Below are positions 36,316-48,595 of a stretch of 64,000 nt of DNA, piece by piece. The position numbers and the translations under genes were made by a program. A model generated the notes under the pieces. That model saw nothing but the letters and a program-made list of their open reading frames with translations. It did not search any database and had not been told where the DNA came from. Each line of letters begins with the position of its first letter. Position 1 is the stretch's first letter. This DNA comes from an uncultured Collinsella sp. (lineage in GTDB: Bacteria > Actinomycetota > Coriobacteriia > Coriobacteriales > Coriobacteriaceae): positions 343,886 through 407,885 of the forward strand of contig CAUHHB010000001.1 in the NCBI GenBank assembly GCA_959606035.1, in the 5' to 3' direction.

Positions 36316-39030
36316 ATGGCAAAAGTCCGTGTGTCCACCCTGGCCAAAGAGTTCGGCATGACCTCCAAGGAACTGATGGGTCATCTCGCCGATATGAAGA
36401 TTCCCGCTAAGTCCGCTTCCTCCACCTTGGAGGACGCTTATGTCGCCATGGTCCGCAAGCAGCTCGCCTCGGTGATCGAGGCCCGCGCTCAGGAAGTCGA
36501 GGCCGCCAAGCAGGCCGAGGAGCAGGCAGCTGCTGCCGAGGAGGCCGCACGCGCCGCCGAGGCCGAGCGCGAGCGCATCGCCGCCGAGAAGGCACGCGAG
36601 GAGGAGCGCCGCCAGTTTGCCGCAGCCCAGGCTGCCGAGGAGGCTGCCCGCGCCGAGGCCGAGGCCAAGAAGAAGGCCGAGCAGGAGCGCCTTGCTCGCG
36701 AGAAGGAGGAGGCTGCCCGCGAGGCCCAGCGCCGCGCCGTTCCCGCTTCCGACTCCGGTTCGCGCTTCCGTTCGCTGCTCGACCAGATCGCCGCACAGGA
36801 GACCGTGCTCAAGGAGAAGAAGGACGCCGAGGACAAGGCCAAGGCCGAGCGCGCCGCAGAGCGCGGTAACCGTCGTGGCGGCAACAACGACCGCCGCGGT
36901 GGCCGTCGTAACGATCGCAACGCCTCAGACAACAACTCCGAGCGCAACGCCTCCGAGAGCCGTCCGCACAGCCATCGCACCAACGCCAGCAACAACGTCG
37001 CTGCCGGCATGGACTTCCCCAACCCCGATAAGCAGGGCAAGGGCAAGAAGCGCAAGGGCGGTCACAACAACGAAGAGGACCACTACAGCCGCATGGCTCG
37101 CGAGGCCGAGGAGTACAGCCGCGAGAAGGTGCTCGAGGAGGCTCGAGCTGCCGTCGAGGAGGCCTCTCGTGAGTCCACCGGTCGCCGCAAGAAGCGCAAG
37201 GAGAAGCGCGAGCGCGAGGCTGCCAAGGCTCAGGAGGAGCGCAAGATAGAGGAGGCGCTGGCCCAGGGCGTGAACCCCGAGGACCTCGACGCCATCAAGG
37301 TCTCCCAGGGCGTTACCGTCCAGGAGCTTGCCGAGGCGCTCGACGTTCCGGCCAACGACATCATTAAGCGCCTGTTCCTGCTGGGTACGCCGCTCACGAT
37401 GACGCAGTCCATGTCCGACGACCTCGTCGAGCTCGTTGCCGACGACCTGGGCCGTCAGATCAAGATCATCACCCCCGAGGAGGAGAACACCTTCTCGTTC
37501 TACGACGATCCCGCCGACCTTAAGCCGCGTGCCCCGGTCGTCACCGTCATGGGCCACGTCGACCACGGCAAGACGTCGCTGCTCGATGCCATCCGTCACA
37601 CCGGCGTTGCTGCCGGCGAGGCGGGCGGCATTACGCAGGCCATCGGCGCTTCGCAGGTCATGATCAACGACCGCAAGATCACCTTCATCGATACCCCGGG
37701 TCACGCTACCTTTACGGCCATGCGTGCCCGTGGCGCCAAGGTGACCGACATCGTCATCCTGATCGTCGCCGCCGACGACGGCGTCATGCCCCAGACGGTC
37801 GAGTCGATCAACCACGCCAAGGCCGCCGGCGTACCCATCGTCGTTGCCGTCAACAAGATCGATAAGCCGGGCGCCAACCCCGACCGCGTGCGCCAGGAGC
37901 TCACCGAGTACGGCGTCATCCCCGAGGAGTGGGGCGGACAGAACATGTTCGTCAACATCTCGGCCAAGCAGAAGATCGGTATCGATGACCTTCTGGAGAC
38001 CGTGCTGCTCCAGGCCGACGTGCTCGAGCTTAAGGCCAACCCGGACACCTTTGCCTCCGGCAATGTCCTCGAGGCCAAGCTCGACAAGGGCCGCGGCTCG
38101 GTCGCTACCGTGCTCGTGACCCGCGGTACCTTGCACGTGGGCGATACGCTGGTCGCCGGCCTTACCTACGGCCGCGTCCGTGCTATGCTCGACCCCAAGG
38201 GTCGCGCCGTCACCGAGGCCGGTCCCTCCGACGCCGTCGAGATTTTGGGCCTGCAGTCTGTGCCCAACGCCGGCGACGAGTTCCGCGTGTTCGAGGACGA
38301 GCGCGAGGCTCGCGCCCTTGCCGACGAGCGTTCGCTCAAGGCCCGTATCGAGGAGCAGAGCCGCGTCAAGCACGTCACGCTCGAGAACCTCTTCGAGACC
38401 ATTGCCGACGCCGAGGTCAAGGAGCTCAACCTGATCATCAAGGCCGACGTCCAGGGTTCCATCGAGGCCCTTCAGGACTCGCTCGACAAGATGGATCAGT
38501 CCGAGGTTCGCATCAACACGATCCACTCCGCCGTTGGCGCCATCAACGAGACCGACGTCGTCCTGGCCGACGCCTCTAACGCCATCATCATCGGCTTTGG
38601 CGTCCGTCCCGACGGTAAGGCCCGCTCCGCCGCCGAGCGCGAGGGCGTCGAGATCCGTTGCTACGACGTCATCTACAAGTGCCTCGAGGAGCTCGACGCC
38701 GCCCGTATCGGCATGCTCAAGCCCACCGAGGTCGAGGTCTCCACGGGTACCGCGACCGTCCTGGACACCTTCAAGGTGCCCAAAGTCGGTATCGCCGCCG
38801 GTGTCCGCGTGGAGGAGGGCGAGATCGCCGCGACCGATTCCGTGCGCCTGGTGCGTGACGGCATTGTGGTCTTCAACGGCAAGATTGCCTCGATGCGCCA
38901 CTACAAGGACGAGGCCAAGAGCCTCAAGAGCGGTTCCGAGGGCGGCATTGGCCTGGAGAACTTCCAGGACATCAAGCCCGGCGACCAGATCGAGGGTTAC
39001 CGCATCGACCAGGTTGCCCGTACCGAGTAG
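36316..39030 (+). CDS. infB: translation initiation factor IF-2
   Basis: [24 protein letters not shown], Ala/Glu/Arg-rich linker, GTPase block [17 protein letters not shown]...DTPGH...NKIDK. Confidence 0.95.
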   Translation: MAKVRVSTLAKEFGMTSKELMGHLADMKIPAKSASSTLEDAYVAMVRKQLASVIEARAQEVEAAKQAEEQAAAAEEAARAAEAERERIAAEKAREEERRQFAAAQAAEEAARAEAEAKKKAEQERLAREKEEAAREAQRRAVPASDSGSRFRSLLDQIAAQETVLKEKKDAEDKAKAERAAERGNRRGGNNDRRGGRRNDRNASDNNSERNASESRPHSHRTNASNNVAAGMDFPNPDKQGKGKKRKGGHNNEEDHYSRMAREAEEYSREKVLEEARAAVEEASRESTGRRKKRKEKREREAAKAQEERKIEEALAQGVNPEDLDAIKVSQGVTVQELAEALDVPANDIIKRLFLLGTPLTMTQSMSDDLVELVADDLGRQIKIITPEEENTFSFYDDPADLKPRAPVVTVMGHVDHGKTSLLDAIRHTGVAAGEAGGITQAIGASQVMINDRKITFIDTPGHATFTAMRARGAKVTDIVILIVAADDGVMPQTVESINHAKAAGVPIVVAVNKIDKPGANPDRVRQELTEYGVIPEEWGGQNMFVNISAKQKIGIDDLLETVLLQADVLELKANPDTFASGNVLEAKLDKGRGSVATVLVTRGTLHVGDTLVAGLTYGRVRAMLDPKGRAVTEAGPSDAVEILGLQSVPNAGDEFRVFEDEREARALADERSLKARIEEQSRVKHVTLENLFETIADAEVKELNLIIKADVQGSIEALQDSLDKMDQSEVRINTIHSAVGAINETDVVLADASNAIIIGFGVRPDGKARSAAEREGVEIRCYDVIYKCLEELDAARIGMLKPTEVEVSTGTATVLDTFKVPKVGIAAGVRVEEGEIAATDSVRLVRDGIVVFNGKIASMRHYKDEAKSLKSGSEGGIGLENFQDIKPGDQIEGYRIDQVARTE

Positions 39031-39041
39031 GGGGTAGCGCT

Positions 39042-39452
39042 ATGAAGCAAACGCAGGCAACCCGCCGTTTGGGCGAGCAGCTCCGCGAGAAGCTCGGTTA
39101 TATCCTGCTCTTTGAGGTTTCCGATCCGCGACTCGACCTGGTCACCCTGACCGCGGTCGAGGTCGCGGTGGACCGTTCGTTCGCGCGCGTGTACGTGTCG
39201 TGCGATGCGAGCCGCTACGATGAGGTCATGGAGGCGCTCGCCAGCGCCAAGGGCCGCATCCGCAGTCTGTTGGCTCGCTCGCTTGATTGGCGCGTCACGC
39301 CCGAGCTCGATTTTCGTATCGATCGCTCGACCGACGAGGCCGAGCGCATCACGCGTGCGCTGGAAAACGTTCCGGCCACGCTTGCGATCGAAAAGGATGA
39401 GGACGGCTACCCGATAGCGGATGTCGCCCAGGAGGCAGCTTTAGATGACTAA
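39042..39452 (+). CDS. rbfA: ribosome-binding factor A
   Basis: RRLGEQLREKLGYILLFEVSDPRL...VTLTAVEVAVDRSFARVYVS. Confidence 0.9.
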   Translation: MKQTQATRRLGEQLREKLGYILLFEVSDPRLDLVTLTAVEVAVDRSFARVYVSCDASRYDEVMEALASAKGRIRSLLARSLDWRVTPELDFRIDRSTDEAERITRALENVPATLAIEKDEDGYPIADVAQEAALDD

Positions 39453-40488
39453 TTCCGCCGACCTCGCCTCGTGCGAGTCTGCAGATATTAAACGACGCAT
39501 CCTCGAGCTCATCGAGGATGCGTCCTCCATTGCGATCTCGGGTCACACCTCTCCCGACGGCGATGCCCTGGGCTCCGTGTTGGGCCTGGGCCTTTCGCTT
39601 ATGAAGGTGTTCCCCGACAAGGACATCGCCCTGCTGCTGGCAGACGACGATCCCGTTCCGCGCATCTACCGTTTTATGGAGGGTGCCGATCTGCTGGTGC
39701 CGGCCTCTGCCTACACCGGCAACCCGGACCTGTTCATCTCGGTGGACGTGCCGGTCGTCGAGCGCCTCAATAATTCTGCCGAGGTGCTGCGTCGTTCGGC
39801 CCACGTGGCGTGTTTTGACCATCACCCGGCGCGTGAGGAGTTTGCCGAGGTCAGCCTTAGGTGTGTCAATGCCGCTGCTTGCGCCATGATCATCGACCGC
39901 TTTTTGGCCGATTGTGGCATTACCGCAAGCGACAGCATCGCGACTTGCCTGCTGTGTGGCCTGGTCACCGACACCGGTCGTTTTCAGTATCAGAACGCCG
40001 ATGCTGCCGCGTTTCATGCTGCCTCTCGCCTGGTGGCGCACGGTGCCGATCCGGCACGCGTCGCGCTCGAGGTCTATCAGAGCATGCGTGTCGAGTTCTT
40101 GCACCTCAAGTCCATCGTCATGGGTCGCATCAAGACGGTCGCGCACGGGCGCGTGGCGTATAGCTATGCGTACGAAAGTGACCTTAAGGAATGCGGCGTC
40201 ACCTCTGATGAGTGCGACGGCCTGGTCGATGTGGTGCGCTCAGTGATGGGCGTCGAGGTCTGCCTGTTCCTTAAGGGCATCGAGGGCGATACCAAGGTGC
40301 GCGGTAACCTGCGCTCCAAGGGCGAACTTGATGTTTCCGAGATTGCGGCCAATTTTGGCGGAGGTGGGCACCACGCTGCCGCCGGCTTTACCAACGCCGG
40401 AACGATTTCCGAGACGCTCACCGCGGCACTTCCCATGCTGGCCGAGCTGGTAGGGGAGGATCCCGCTTCGGTGACCGTCGAGCTCTAA
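39445..40488 (+). CDS. nrnA: DHH-family phosphoesterase (bifunctional oligoribonuclease / pAp phosphatase NrnA)
   Basis: ISGHTSPDGDALGS DHH motif, DHHA1-like C-terminus GGGGHHAAAG. Confidence 0.85.
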   Translation: MTNSADLASCESADIKRRILELIEDASSIAISGHTSPDGDALGSVLGLGLSLMKVFPDKDIALLLADDDPVPRIYRFMEGADLLVPASAYTGNPDLFISVDVPVVERLNNSAEVLRRSAHVACFDHHPAREEFAEVSLRCVNAAACAMIIDRFLADCGITASDSIATCLLCGLVTDTGRFQYQNADAAAFHAASRLVAHGADPARVALEVYQSMRVEFLHLKSIVMGRIKTVAHGRVAYSYAYESDLKECGVTSDECDGLVDVVRSVMGVEVCLFLKGIEGDTKVRGNLRSKGELDVSEIAANFGGGGHHAAAGFTNAGTISETLTAALPMLAELVGEDPASVTVEL

Positions 40489-40503
40489 CTTTTTGGATGG
40501 TAC

Positions 40504-41436
40504 ATGGCTCGTCGTACACCTTCTCAACTGAATATGCTGCTCGCCGTCGATAAGCCGGTGGGCTGCACGTCCCACGACGTGGTTTCGCAATGCCGACGCG
40601 CCCTCCATGAGCGGCGCGTCGGTCATGCCGGAACGCTCGACCCCATGGCATCGGGTGTCATGGTGGTGGGCGTGGGGCAGGCCACGCGTCTGCTGGGCAT
40701 GCTCACGCTCGATACCAAAAGCTACGTCGCCGACATCTCGTTTGGCGTCGAGACCAATACCGATGATGCGGAGGGCGAGGCCGTCCGCACGGTGCCCGTT
40801 GCCGACGACTTGCGCGATCCGGCCTATGCCCGCGAGCGTCTGTGTGCCATGTTGGGTCCGCAGATGCAGGTGCCGCCGGCGTTTTCGGCCATTTCGGTCA
40901 ACGGCGTGCGCGCCTATAAGGCTGCGCGCGAGGGCAATGCCGTGTCGCTGCCCCCGCGTCCGGTCGAGGTATACTCCGCCGATCTGATTGCCGTGAGCGG
41001 TGATGCCGACGCTTGCGTTTGGACCGTGGCGTTTTCGGTGAGCAAGGGCACCTATATCCGTGCGCTCGCTCGCGACCTGGGTCGTGCCTGCGACAACGCG
41101 GCGCACATTTCCGCGCTGCGCCGTACGGCCTCCGGCGTTGTTTCCATTGGCGCCTGTCATACGGTCGAGGAGCTTTCTGCCGAGTCCGCTGACGGTTTTG
41201 CCCTGGATCCCATTGCGGCGCTGGGTGCCACGCGCGTCGACTTGCCGGGCGACCTTGCCGACGATCTGCTGTGCGGACGTCGTATTCCTATTGAGCGTGC
41301 GCTTGCGGGCTTCGATGCATCGAAGGCGCCGTTTGCGCTGGTGCTCGATGGCGGGCTCAAGGCGCTCGCCCGTATCGAGGGTGGTCGCTTTGTAATGGAG
41401 CACGTCTTTCCGCAGGCGATTGGCGGTGTTCGATGA
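40504..41436 (+). CDS. truB: tRNA pseudouridine(55) synthase TruB
   Basis: LLAVDKPVGCTSHDVVSQCRRAL...GHAGTLDPMASGVMVVGVGQATR. Confidence 0.9.
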   Translation: MARRTPSQLNMLLAVDKPVGCTSHDVVSQCRRALHERRVGHAGTLDPMASGVMVVGVGQATRLLGMLTLDTKSYVADISFGVETNTDDAEGEAVRTVPVADDLRDPAYARERLCAMLGPQMQVPPAFSAISVNGVRAYKAAREGNAVSLPPRPVEVYSADLIAVSGDADACVWTVAFSVSKGTYIRALARDLGRACDNAAHISALRRTASGVVSIGACHTVEELSAESADGFALDPIAALGATRVDLPGDLADDLLCGRRIPIERALAGFDASKAPFALVLDGGLKALARIEGGRFVMEHVFPQAIGGVR

Positions 41437-42437
41437 TGCTGACCTCCCACGAGCTCGCGCGTATTTTTTTCGCGGGCGAGTCGGATGAGGCCCGCATCGT
41501 CGCCGATGCATTTGATGATTGCGCGTGCCTGGGCGCCGCGTCGATCGCCATCGGCGTGTTCGATGGCGTGCATAGGGGGCATCGCGAACTGATCGACGCG
41601 GTCGTTCGCGATGCGCGTAACCATGGCTGCAAGGCTGTCGTGGTCACCTTCGATCCCGACCCGGACGTGGTGCTGAGCCCCTCGCCTGCTCAAAAACTGA
41701 TGACGACGGCCGACCGTCTGCATGCCCTGGCTCTCACCGGGGTCGATGCGGTCGTGGCTGTTCCCTTTACGCCTTCGGTGGCGGCACTCGACCACGCGGG
41801 CTTTCTTAAACTGCTGTCGCATGTGGTCGATATCCGCTCGATTCGCGTGGGCAGCGACTTTAGGCTGGGCCGCGGCGGTGCCTCGGGCGTTGCCGAGATG
41901 AAAGAATGGGGAGCCGAGCGCGACGTTGACGTCTATGGCCACGAGTTGCTGTGCGTCGATGGACAGACGGTCTGCGCCACCCGTATTCGCCAGGAGCTTC
42001 GCCAGGGACATGTTGAGCTTGCCGCCGAGCTGCTCGGCCGCCCGTACATGCTGCGAGGTGTTGTTGCCGGAGGTCGTCACCAGGGCTCCGACATGGGTTT
42101 TCCCACGGCAAATATTCAGGTGCCCGAGGGCATCCAGGTTCCTGCCGATGGCGTCTACGAGGGCCTGGTGCTGGTCGACGATACCGTGTGGCCTGCTGCC
42201 GTCAATGTGGGCCTGCCGCCGACGTATGCCGACGATGCCGCCTCGGCTCATCTCGAGGCCAACTTGATCGGGTATACAGGCGACCTGTACGGCGCCTCGG
42301 TGTCGCTGGCTTTTACGCGCTGGCTGCGCCCGTCGCGCGTGTTCGATTCGCTGGACGAGCTTATCGCGACCGTCGAGGGTAATATTGACGATATCCGTCA
42401 TCATTTGGGTGATCAGGGGGTGAGCATCTGTGATTAG
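41433..42437 (+). CDS. ribF: bifunctional riboflavin kinase / FMN adenylyltransferase
   Basis: IAIGVFDGVHRGHRELIDAV, C-terminal riboflavin kinase block GFPTANIQVP. Confidence 0.9.
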   Translation: MMLTSHELARIFFAGESDEARIVADAFDDCACLGAASIAIGVFDGVHRGHRELIDAVVRDARNHGCKAVVVTFDPDPDVVLSPSPAQKLMTTADRLHALALTGVDAVVAVPFTPSVAALDHAGFLKLLSHVVDIRSIRVGSDFRLGRGGASGVAEMKEWGAERDVDVYGHELLCVDGQTVCATRIRQELRQGHVELAAELLGRPYMLRGVVAGGRHQGSDMGFPTANIQVPEGIQVPADGVYEGLVLVDDTVWPAAVNVGLPPTYADDAASAHLEANLIGYTGDLYGASVSLAFTRWLRPSRVFDSLDELIATVEGNIDDIRHHLGDQGVSICD

Positions 42438-44544
42438 CGATGAGGAAAAAGACCAGGTACGCGCTGCGTCCGATCTGGTTGCCATCGTGCAGGAAACGGT
42501 TGAGCTCAAGCCCCGCGGCCATGAGTTTTGGGGTTGCTGCCCCTTCCATGGCGAAAAGACCCCTTCGTTTCACATTATCCCTGCCACGCAGGTGTGGCAC
42601 TGCTTTGGCTGTGGCGAGGGCGGCGACGTCTTCACCTACATCATGAAGCGCGAGAACCTGAGCTTTCCCGAGTCGATTCGCTACCTGGCCGACCGTGCCG
42701 GCATTGAGCTGCACGATACCGGCGCTTATCGCGAGCGCGGCACCAAGCGCGCCCGCATCTACGACCTATGTGCGGAAACCGCCCAGTTCTATCACACCAT
42801 GCTTATGCGCGGTAAGGACAGCCGTCCGCGCGAGTACTTCGCCAGTCGCGGTATGGGCGGCGATGTCTGCCGCCGCTACTGCCTGGGCTTTGCACCGGGT
42901 CGCAATGCGCTGGTGTCGCATCTGTCGCAGGCGGGCTTTACCCCGCAGGAGATGATCGACGCCAATGTGGCCGTGAGCCGTGGTCGCGGGCAGCTTGCCG
43001 ACCGTTTTTACGACCGCGTGATGTTTCCCATTTTTGACGAGCAGGGTCATAACATCGCCTTTGGCGGGCGCATTATGGGCGACGGCCAGCCTAAGTACCT
43101 CAACACCGCCGAGACGAGCGTGTTCCATAAAAAGCGAAACCTCTATGGCTTTAACTGGGCCAAGGAGTTTATCGTCGCGCAGGATACCGCCATCGTGGTG
43201 GAGGGATATACCGACTGTATCGCCTGCTGGGAGGCGGGGATTAAAAACGTCGTCGCCACGCTGGGCACGGCGCTGACGGAACATCACGTCAAGACGCTCA
43301 CCCGCTTTGCCAAGCGCATTGTATATATGTTCGATGGCGACGCCGCCGGTCAAAAGGCCGCACGCCGCGCGATTCAGTTTATCGAGCAGGATTCGATGGA
43401 CCTGCGCTGCGTGGTGCTTCCCGACGGCAACGACCCCATGGAGTTCATCACCGCGCATGGTGGCGAGGCTCTGCAGGCGCGCATCGATGCCGCCGAACCC
43501 CTCATGGACTTTGTGTACCGCTCACTGCAGGAGTCGAGCGACATTACCACGCCGGGCGGTCGTGCCAAGGCGCTCGAGGATGCACTGACGCTCATCTATC
43601 CGCTGCGCGATAGCTACATGATCGATACGTACTTTATCCAGATTGCCGACCTGCTGGGTTTGGATCTGGAGACGGTGCGCTCGAGCTCGGGCCGTGTGTT
43701 TCGCGATGTTGCCAAGCGCGAGGACGCCGAGCGTCGTCGCGAGCAGAACTACGAGCGCCAGCGGGCGCAGGCCGAGCGTGCAGGCAGCGCGGGCGGTCGG
43801 GCGTCTGGTTCGCAGGGGGCGCCTCGCGGCGCTTGGGCGTCGGGGGCGACGCCGCCGGTGTCCGCACCGGTCGAGGAAGAACCGTACGACTATGTGCCGC
43901 TCGAGGCCTACGGGGCCGCGCCGGTCGAGGCTGTCGACGATATGCCGCCGATTGATGTGCCGGTTGGTATGGATGGCGCGGCACCGGTCGCCGATATAAT
44001 GGGCGCACCCGCGTCGCCGACGATGCCGATCGTGCTGACCGACCTAGAGCGAAAGTCTTTGGCGGGGGAGCGCGAGCTGCTGACGATGCTCACGAGCTAC
44101 CCCGACCTGTTCCGCACGTATGCCGATCGCATCTGCTCGATCGAGTGGGTGGATCCGCGTCACGAGTCCATCGCGTGGGCCGTGCTCGCGACGCCGCCGG
44201 GCACCGACCCCACGGCGTGCATGGATGCGGCGCGCGCCGTGTGTCCCGAGGCAGCGTCGCTTGTTAGTGCCGGGCGCATTTCGTCGACGAGTAAGCACCC
44301 CACCGAGACGAACATCGTGTTTATGCTCGACACCCTCGAGCTCTACACCATCAAGCGCCGCATGCGCGCCGCACAGGCCAAGCTTCGCCAGGACCGGTCG
44401 CTCGACGATGAGGCACGCCGTGTGCTGACGATGCAGGCGATGCAAGATTCTCAGCGCCAGCGTGAGCTCCAAAAGTCGATCGGCGGCGTGGCGGATCCGT
44501 TCCGTTTGATCGGTTTGGAGACTGCGGGCGCCGAGCAGGCCTAG
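42430..44544 (+). CDS. dnaG: DNA primase
   Basis: Zinc ribbon CPFHGEKTPSFHIIPATQVWHCFGCGEGGDVF, TOPRIM block VVEGYTDCIA...YMFDGDAAGQKAA. Confidence 0.95.
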   Translation: MISDEEKDQVRAASDLVAIVQETVELKPRGHEFWGCCPFHGEKTPSFHIIPATQVWHCFGCGEGGDVFTYIMKRENLSFPESIRYLADRAGIELHDTGAYRERGTKRARIYDLCAETAQFYHTMLMRGKDSRPREYFASRGMGGDVCRRYCLGFAPGRNALVSHLSQAGFTPQEMIDANVAVSRGRGQLADRFYDRVMFPIFDEQGHNIAFGGRIMGDGQPKYLNTAETSVFHKKRNLYGFNWAKEFIVAQDTAIVVEGYTDCIACWEAGIKNVVATLGTALTEHHVKTLTRFAKRIVYMFDGDAAGQKAARRAIQFIEQDSMDLRCVVLPDGNDPMEFITAHGGEALQARIDAAEPLMDFVYRSLQESSDITTPGGRAKALEDALTLIYPLRDSYMIDTYFIQIADLLGLDLETVRSSSGRVFRDVAKREDAERRREQNYERQRAQAERAGSAGGRASGSQGAPRGAWASGATPPVSAPVEEEPYDYVPLEAYGAAPVEAVDDMPPIDVPVGMDGAAPVADIMGAPASPTMPIVLTDLERKSLAGERELLTMLTSYPDLFRTYADRICSIEWVDPRHESIAWAVLATPPGTDPTACMDAARAVCPEAASLVSAGRISSTSKHPTETNIVFMLDTLELYTIKRRMRAAQAKLRQDRSLDDEARRVLTMQAMQDSQRQRELQKSIGGVADPFRLIGLETAGAEQA

Positions 44545-44639
44545 ATGTTGTGGTCAACCAGCGTATTTGCGCCTATATCCAGTCTGAATTTTGGGTATAG
44601 ACGTGTAGGTGTGTGCTAAAGTAATGAGTCCTGTGGACT

Positions 44640-46001
<1,362 letters not shown>

Positions 46002-46007
46002 TCAAGC

Positions 46008-46050
46008 AAGAAGCGCCTTCAAGCACATCCGCTTGAGGGCGCTTTCATGT
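46008..46050 (+). terminator. putative terminator after rpoD
   Basis: gaagcgccttcaagc-acatcc-gcttgagggcgcttt imperfect stem-loop. Confidence 0.4.
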
Positions 46051-46161
46051 AGTCATCGGGGACGTCTCCAATGACTAGGTCGGAAAAATTCTCAAAAAAG
46101 TTCTTGCCCTGAGCTGATTCGTCCGTATAATTAACTTCGTTGCTTGAGAGCACGTACCTAT

Positions 46162-46236
46162 TCCTCGGTAGCTCAATGGTAGAGCACGCGGCTGTTAACC
46201 GCGCTGTTGTAGGTTCGAGTCCTACCCGGGGAGCCA
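46162..46236 (+). tRNA. tRNA-Asn (anticodon GTT), copy 1
   Basis: Cloverleaf folded by hand: acceptor TCCTCGG/CCGGGGA, D-arm GCTC..GAGC, anticodon arm CGCGG-CTGTTAA-CCGCG, T-arm GTAGG-TTCGAGT-CCTAC, CCA encoded. Coordinates +-2. Confidence 0.85.
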
Positions 46237-46270
46237 GAATTTCTCAGCCCATTCTGCTGGGCTTTTAAAT

Positions 46271-46345
46271 TCCTCGGTAGCTCAATGGTAGAGCACGCGG
46301 CTGTTAACCGCGCTGTTGTAGGTTCGAGTCCTACCCGGGGAGCCA
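46271..46345 (+). tRNA. tRNA-Asn (anticodon GTT), copy 2 (identical tandem duplicate)
   Basis: Identical 75-nt sequence 34 nt downstream of copy 1. Confidence 0.85.
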
Positions 46346-46351
46346 GGTTGT

Positions 46352-46386
46352 AAAACCCGTCGCTTATGCGGCGGGTTTTTTCATGC
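46352..46386 (+). terminator. rho-independent terminator after tRNA pair
   Basis: aaacccgtcgc-ttat-gcggcgggtttttt. Confidence 0.65.
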
Positions 46387-46539
46387 CGCGATCGCCTGGC
46401 GCGAACGTTACCGTATCAACATTTCGTGTCGAGGATGTATTCCCGCGACCCACCACCTCAACATGGCGCGCTCGTTGTAGAATAATGCAATGATTGCTCC
46501 CACGAGATGGTGCCGTGAGCACCAGATAAGGAGATTCTT

Positions 46540-46896
46540 GTGTCTGAGACCATTAACGGCAGCCTGAGCGTCTCGAACGACGTTATTGCCGATATTGCCG
46601 GTTATGCCGCGATGACGTGCTATGGCGTCGTCGGTATGGCCGAACAGCTCCAGGGCGCCGAGAGCGTGCGCCTGCTTGCCGGTCAGCGCCTCCGCAAGGG
46701 CGTGCTTGTCTCCGCCGACGAGAACGGCCTTACGGTCGATCTTCACGTCGTGCTCGAGAATGGCGTCAACATGAAGTCCGTCTGCCACAATCTTTCGAGC
46801 TCCGTTGCCTTTACCCTGCAGGAGATCGCCCAGATCGATCCCGCCAGCCTTAAGATCGGCATTCACATCGACGCGCTCAAGAGCCGTCTGAACTAG
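46540..46896 (+). CDS. Asp23/Gls24 family envelope stress response protein
   Basis: GSLSVSNDVIADIAGYAAMTCYGVVGMA... precedes the DAK2 (yloV) gene, as is typical. GTG start. Confidence 0.8.
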   Translation: MSETINGSLSVSNDVIADIAGYAAMTCYGVVGMAEQLQGAESVRLLAGQRLRKGVLVSADENGLTVDLHVVLENGVNMKSVCHNLSSSVAFTLQEIAQIDPASLKIGIHIDALKSRLN

Positions 46897-46923
46897 CATC
46901 CGAAAACGGAGATTCAAATACCC

Positions 46924-48585
46924 ATGATTGCAAAGACCATTCGCACCTGTTTTCCGATCGCTGCGGCTGCCGTTTCCGACAAGGCCGAGGAGATCAACAA
47001 GCTCAACGTCTTCCCCGTACCCGACGGCGACACCGGCACCAACATGTCGCTCACGCTCGCCTCGGTGACCAAGGAGCTTTCCGCCCTTCCCGCCGATGCC
47101 GATATGGAGGCCATCGCCGGCGCCATCACCCACGGCTCCCTGATGGGCGCCCGCGGCAACTCCGGCGTCATCACCTCGCAGATTCTGCGCGGCGTGGCCG
47201 AGGGTCTCGTCTCCGCCGATGAGCCCATTACGTCCGCCAACATCGCCTTCGCCTTCCGTCGCGCCGTCAAGGTCGCCTTCCAGGCCGTCCGCAAGCCCAT
47301 CGAGGGCACAATCCTCACGGTGCTTCGCGATGTCTCGACTAAGGCCGACGAGTGCGAAAAGAAGAAGTTCTCGGCCGAGGACGCGCTCGATGCCATCGTC
47401 GTCGAGGCCTACCAGTCCGTCGCCCGCACGCCCGACCTGCTGCCCGTTCTGAAGGAGAACGGTGTGGTCGACTCCGGCGCCTTTGGCTTTGCCATCTTCC
47501 TGGAGAACTTTGTTGCCGCCGCGCTTGGCCGCAGCACCGTTGTCGAGGATTTCTCCGCCACGTTTGATTCCGCTGGCTCTGCCCGCGACGCGGCCCTCGG
47601 TCGCGTTGAGATCGAGGCCAACGACGACTGGGAGGGCTCGGAGTTCCGCTACTGCAACGAGTTCCTCTTTAAGGCCGACGCCCCGTTTGACGAGGACGAG
47701 TGCCTTAAGTTCCTGGGCTCCATGGGCGACTGCGAGCTGCTCGTGGGTGCCTACCCCGACTACAAGATTCACGTGCACTCCAACACCCCCAACCTGGTGC
47801 TCGAGCACATGCTGCAGCTCGGTCAGATCTACGAGGTCTTTATCCATAACATGGAGATGGAGGCCCACGACCGTACCGCTAAGATTCACGAGGACCAGGA
47901 AAAGGCCGCCGAGCCCGCCAAGGCGTTGGGTTTTGTCGCCGTTGCCGCCGGTTCGGGCGAGGCCGACATCCTCAAGTCTCTTGGCGTTGACGTGATCGTT
48001 TCGGGTGGCCAGACCATGAACCCCTCGACCGCCGACCTGCTGGGCGCGGTGGACCAGGTCAACGCGACCTCGGTCATCATCCTGCCCAATAACGGCAACA
48101 TCCGTATGGCTGCCGAGGCTGCCGCTTCTGCCTGCACCGACAAGAAGGTCGCCGTCGTTCCCACCAAGACCGTCCCGCAGGCGTTCTCCGCGCTGTTCGC
48201 AGTCCTGCCCGATTCCGAGCTCGAGGACGCCGTTGCCGCCATGGTCGACGCCATCAGCGAGGTTCGCGATGGCGAAGTCACCCGTGCCGTGCGCGATTCC
48301 AGCGCCTCTGACGGCTCTCCGATTCACTCCGGTGACGTCATGGGTATCATTGCCGGCTCCATCGACGTGGTCGGCTCCGATGTGAAGCAGGTCACGCTCG
48401 ACTGCATCAACCGCATGCAGGAGGAAGAGGAGGGCGACGCGCTGACGATTCTGGCCGGCGAGGAGCTGTCCGATGAGGCCTTCCAGGAGATCGTCGACGC
48501 CATCGAGGAGGCTCAGCCCGACCTGGAGATCGACGCCCATCGTGGCGAGCAGCCGCTCTATCCCGTGATCTTCTCGATCGAGTAG
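46924..48585 (+). CDS. yloV: DAK2 domain fusion protein YloV
   Basis: NKLNVFPVPDGDTGTNMSLTL (DAK2 motif) and C-terminal DegV-like half. Conserved asp23-yloV-recG order. Confidence 0.85.
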   Translation: MIAKTIRTCFPIAAAAVSDKAEEINKLNVFPVPDGDTGTNMSLTLASVTKELSALPADADMEAIAGAITHGSLMGARGNSGVITSQILRGVAEGLVSADEPITSANIAFAFRRAVKVAFQAVRKPIEGTILTVLRDVSTKADECEKKKFSAEDALDAIVVEAYQSVARTPDLLPVLKENGVVDSGAFGFAIFLENFVAAALGRSTVVEDFSATFDSAGSARDAALGRVEIEANDDWEGSEFRYCNEFLFKADAPFDEDECLKFLGSMGDCELLVGAYPDYKIHVHSNTPNLVLEHMLQLGQIYEVFIHNMEMEAHDRTAKIHEDQEKAAEPAKALGFVAVAAGSGEADILKSLGVDVIVSGGQTMNPSTADLLGAVDQVNATSVIILPNNGNIRMAAEAAASACTDKKVAVVPTKTVPQAFSALFAVLPDSELEDAVAAMVDAISEVRDGEVTRAVRDSSASDGSPIHSGDVMGIIAGSIDVVGSDVKQVTLDCINRMQEEEEGDALTILAGEELSDEAFQEIVDAIEEAQPDLEIDAHRGEQPLYPVIFSIE

Positions 48586-48595
48586 GCATCTGCCC

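Noticed and set aside
36925-38901. 658-aa minus-strand ORF antisense to infB, and similar long antisense ORFs (34950..36263, 56388..57959, 59114..60280, 59872..31257 region, 24982..26568, 19603..21717, 49226..50746, 40240..41511, 41157..42509, 26927..27967, 27970..28719)
   Set aside because: All overlap strongly supported sense genes and show biased Arg/Ala/Gly composition without motifs.
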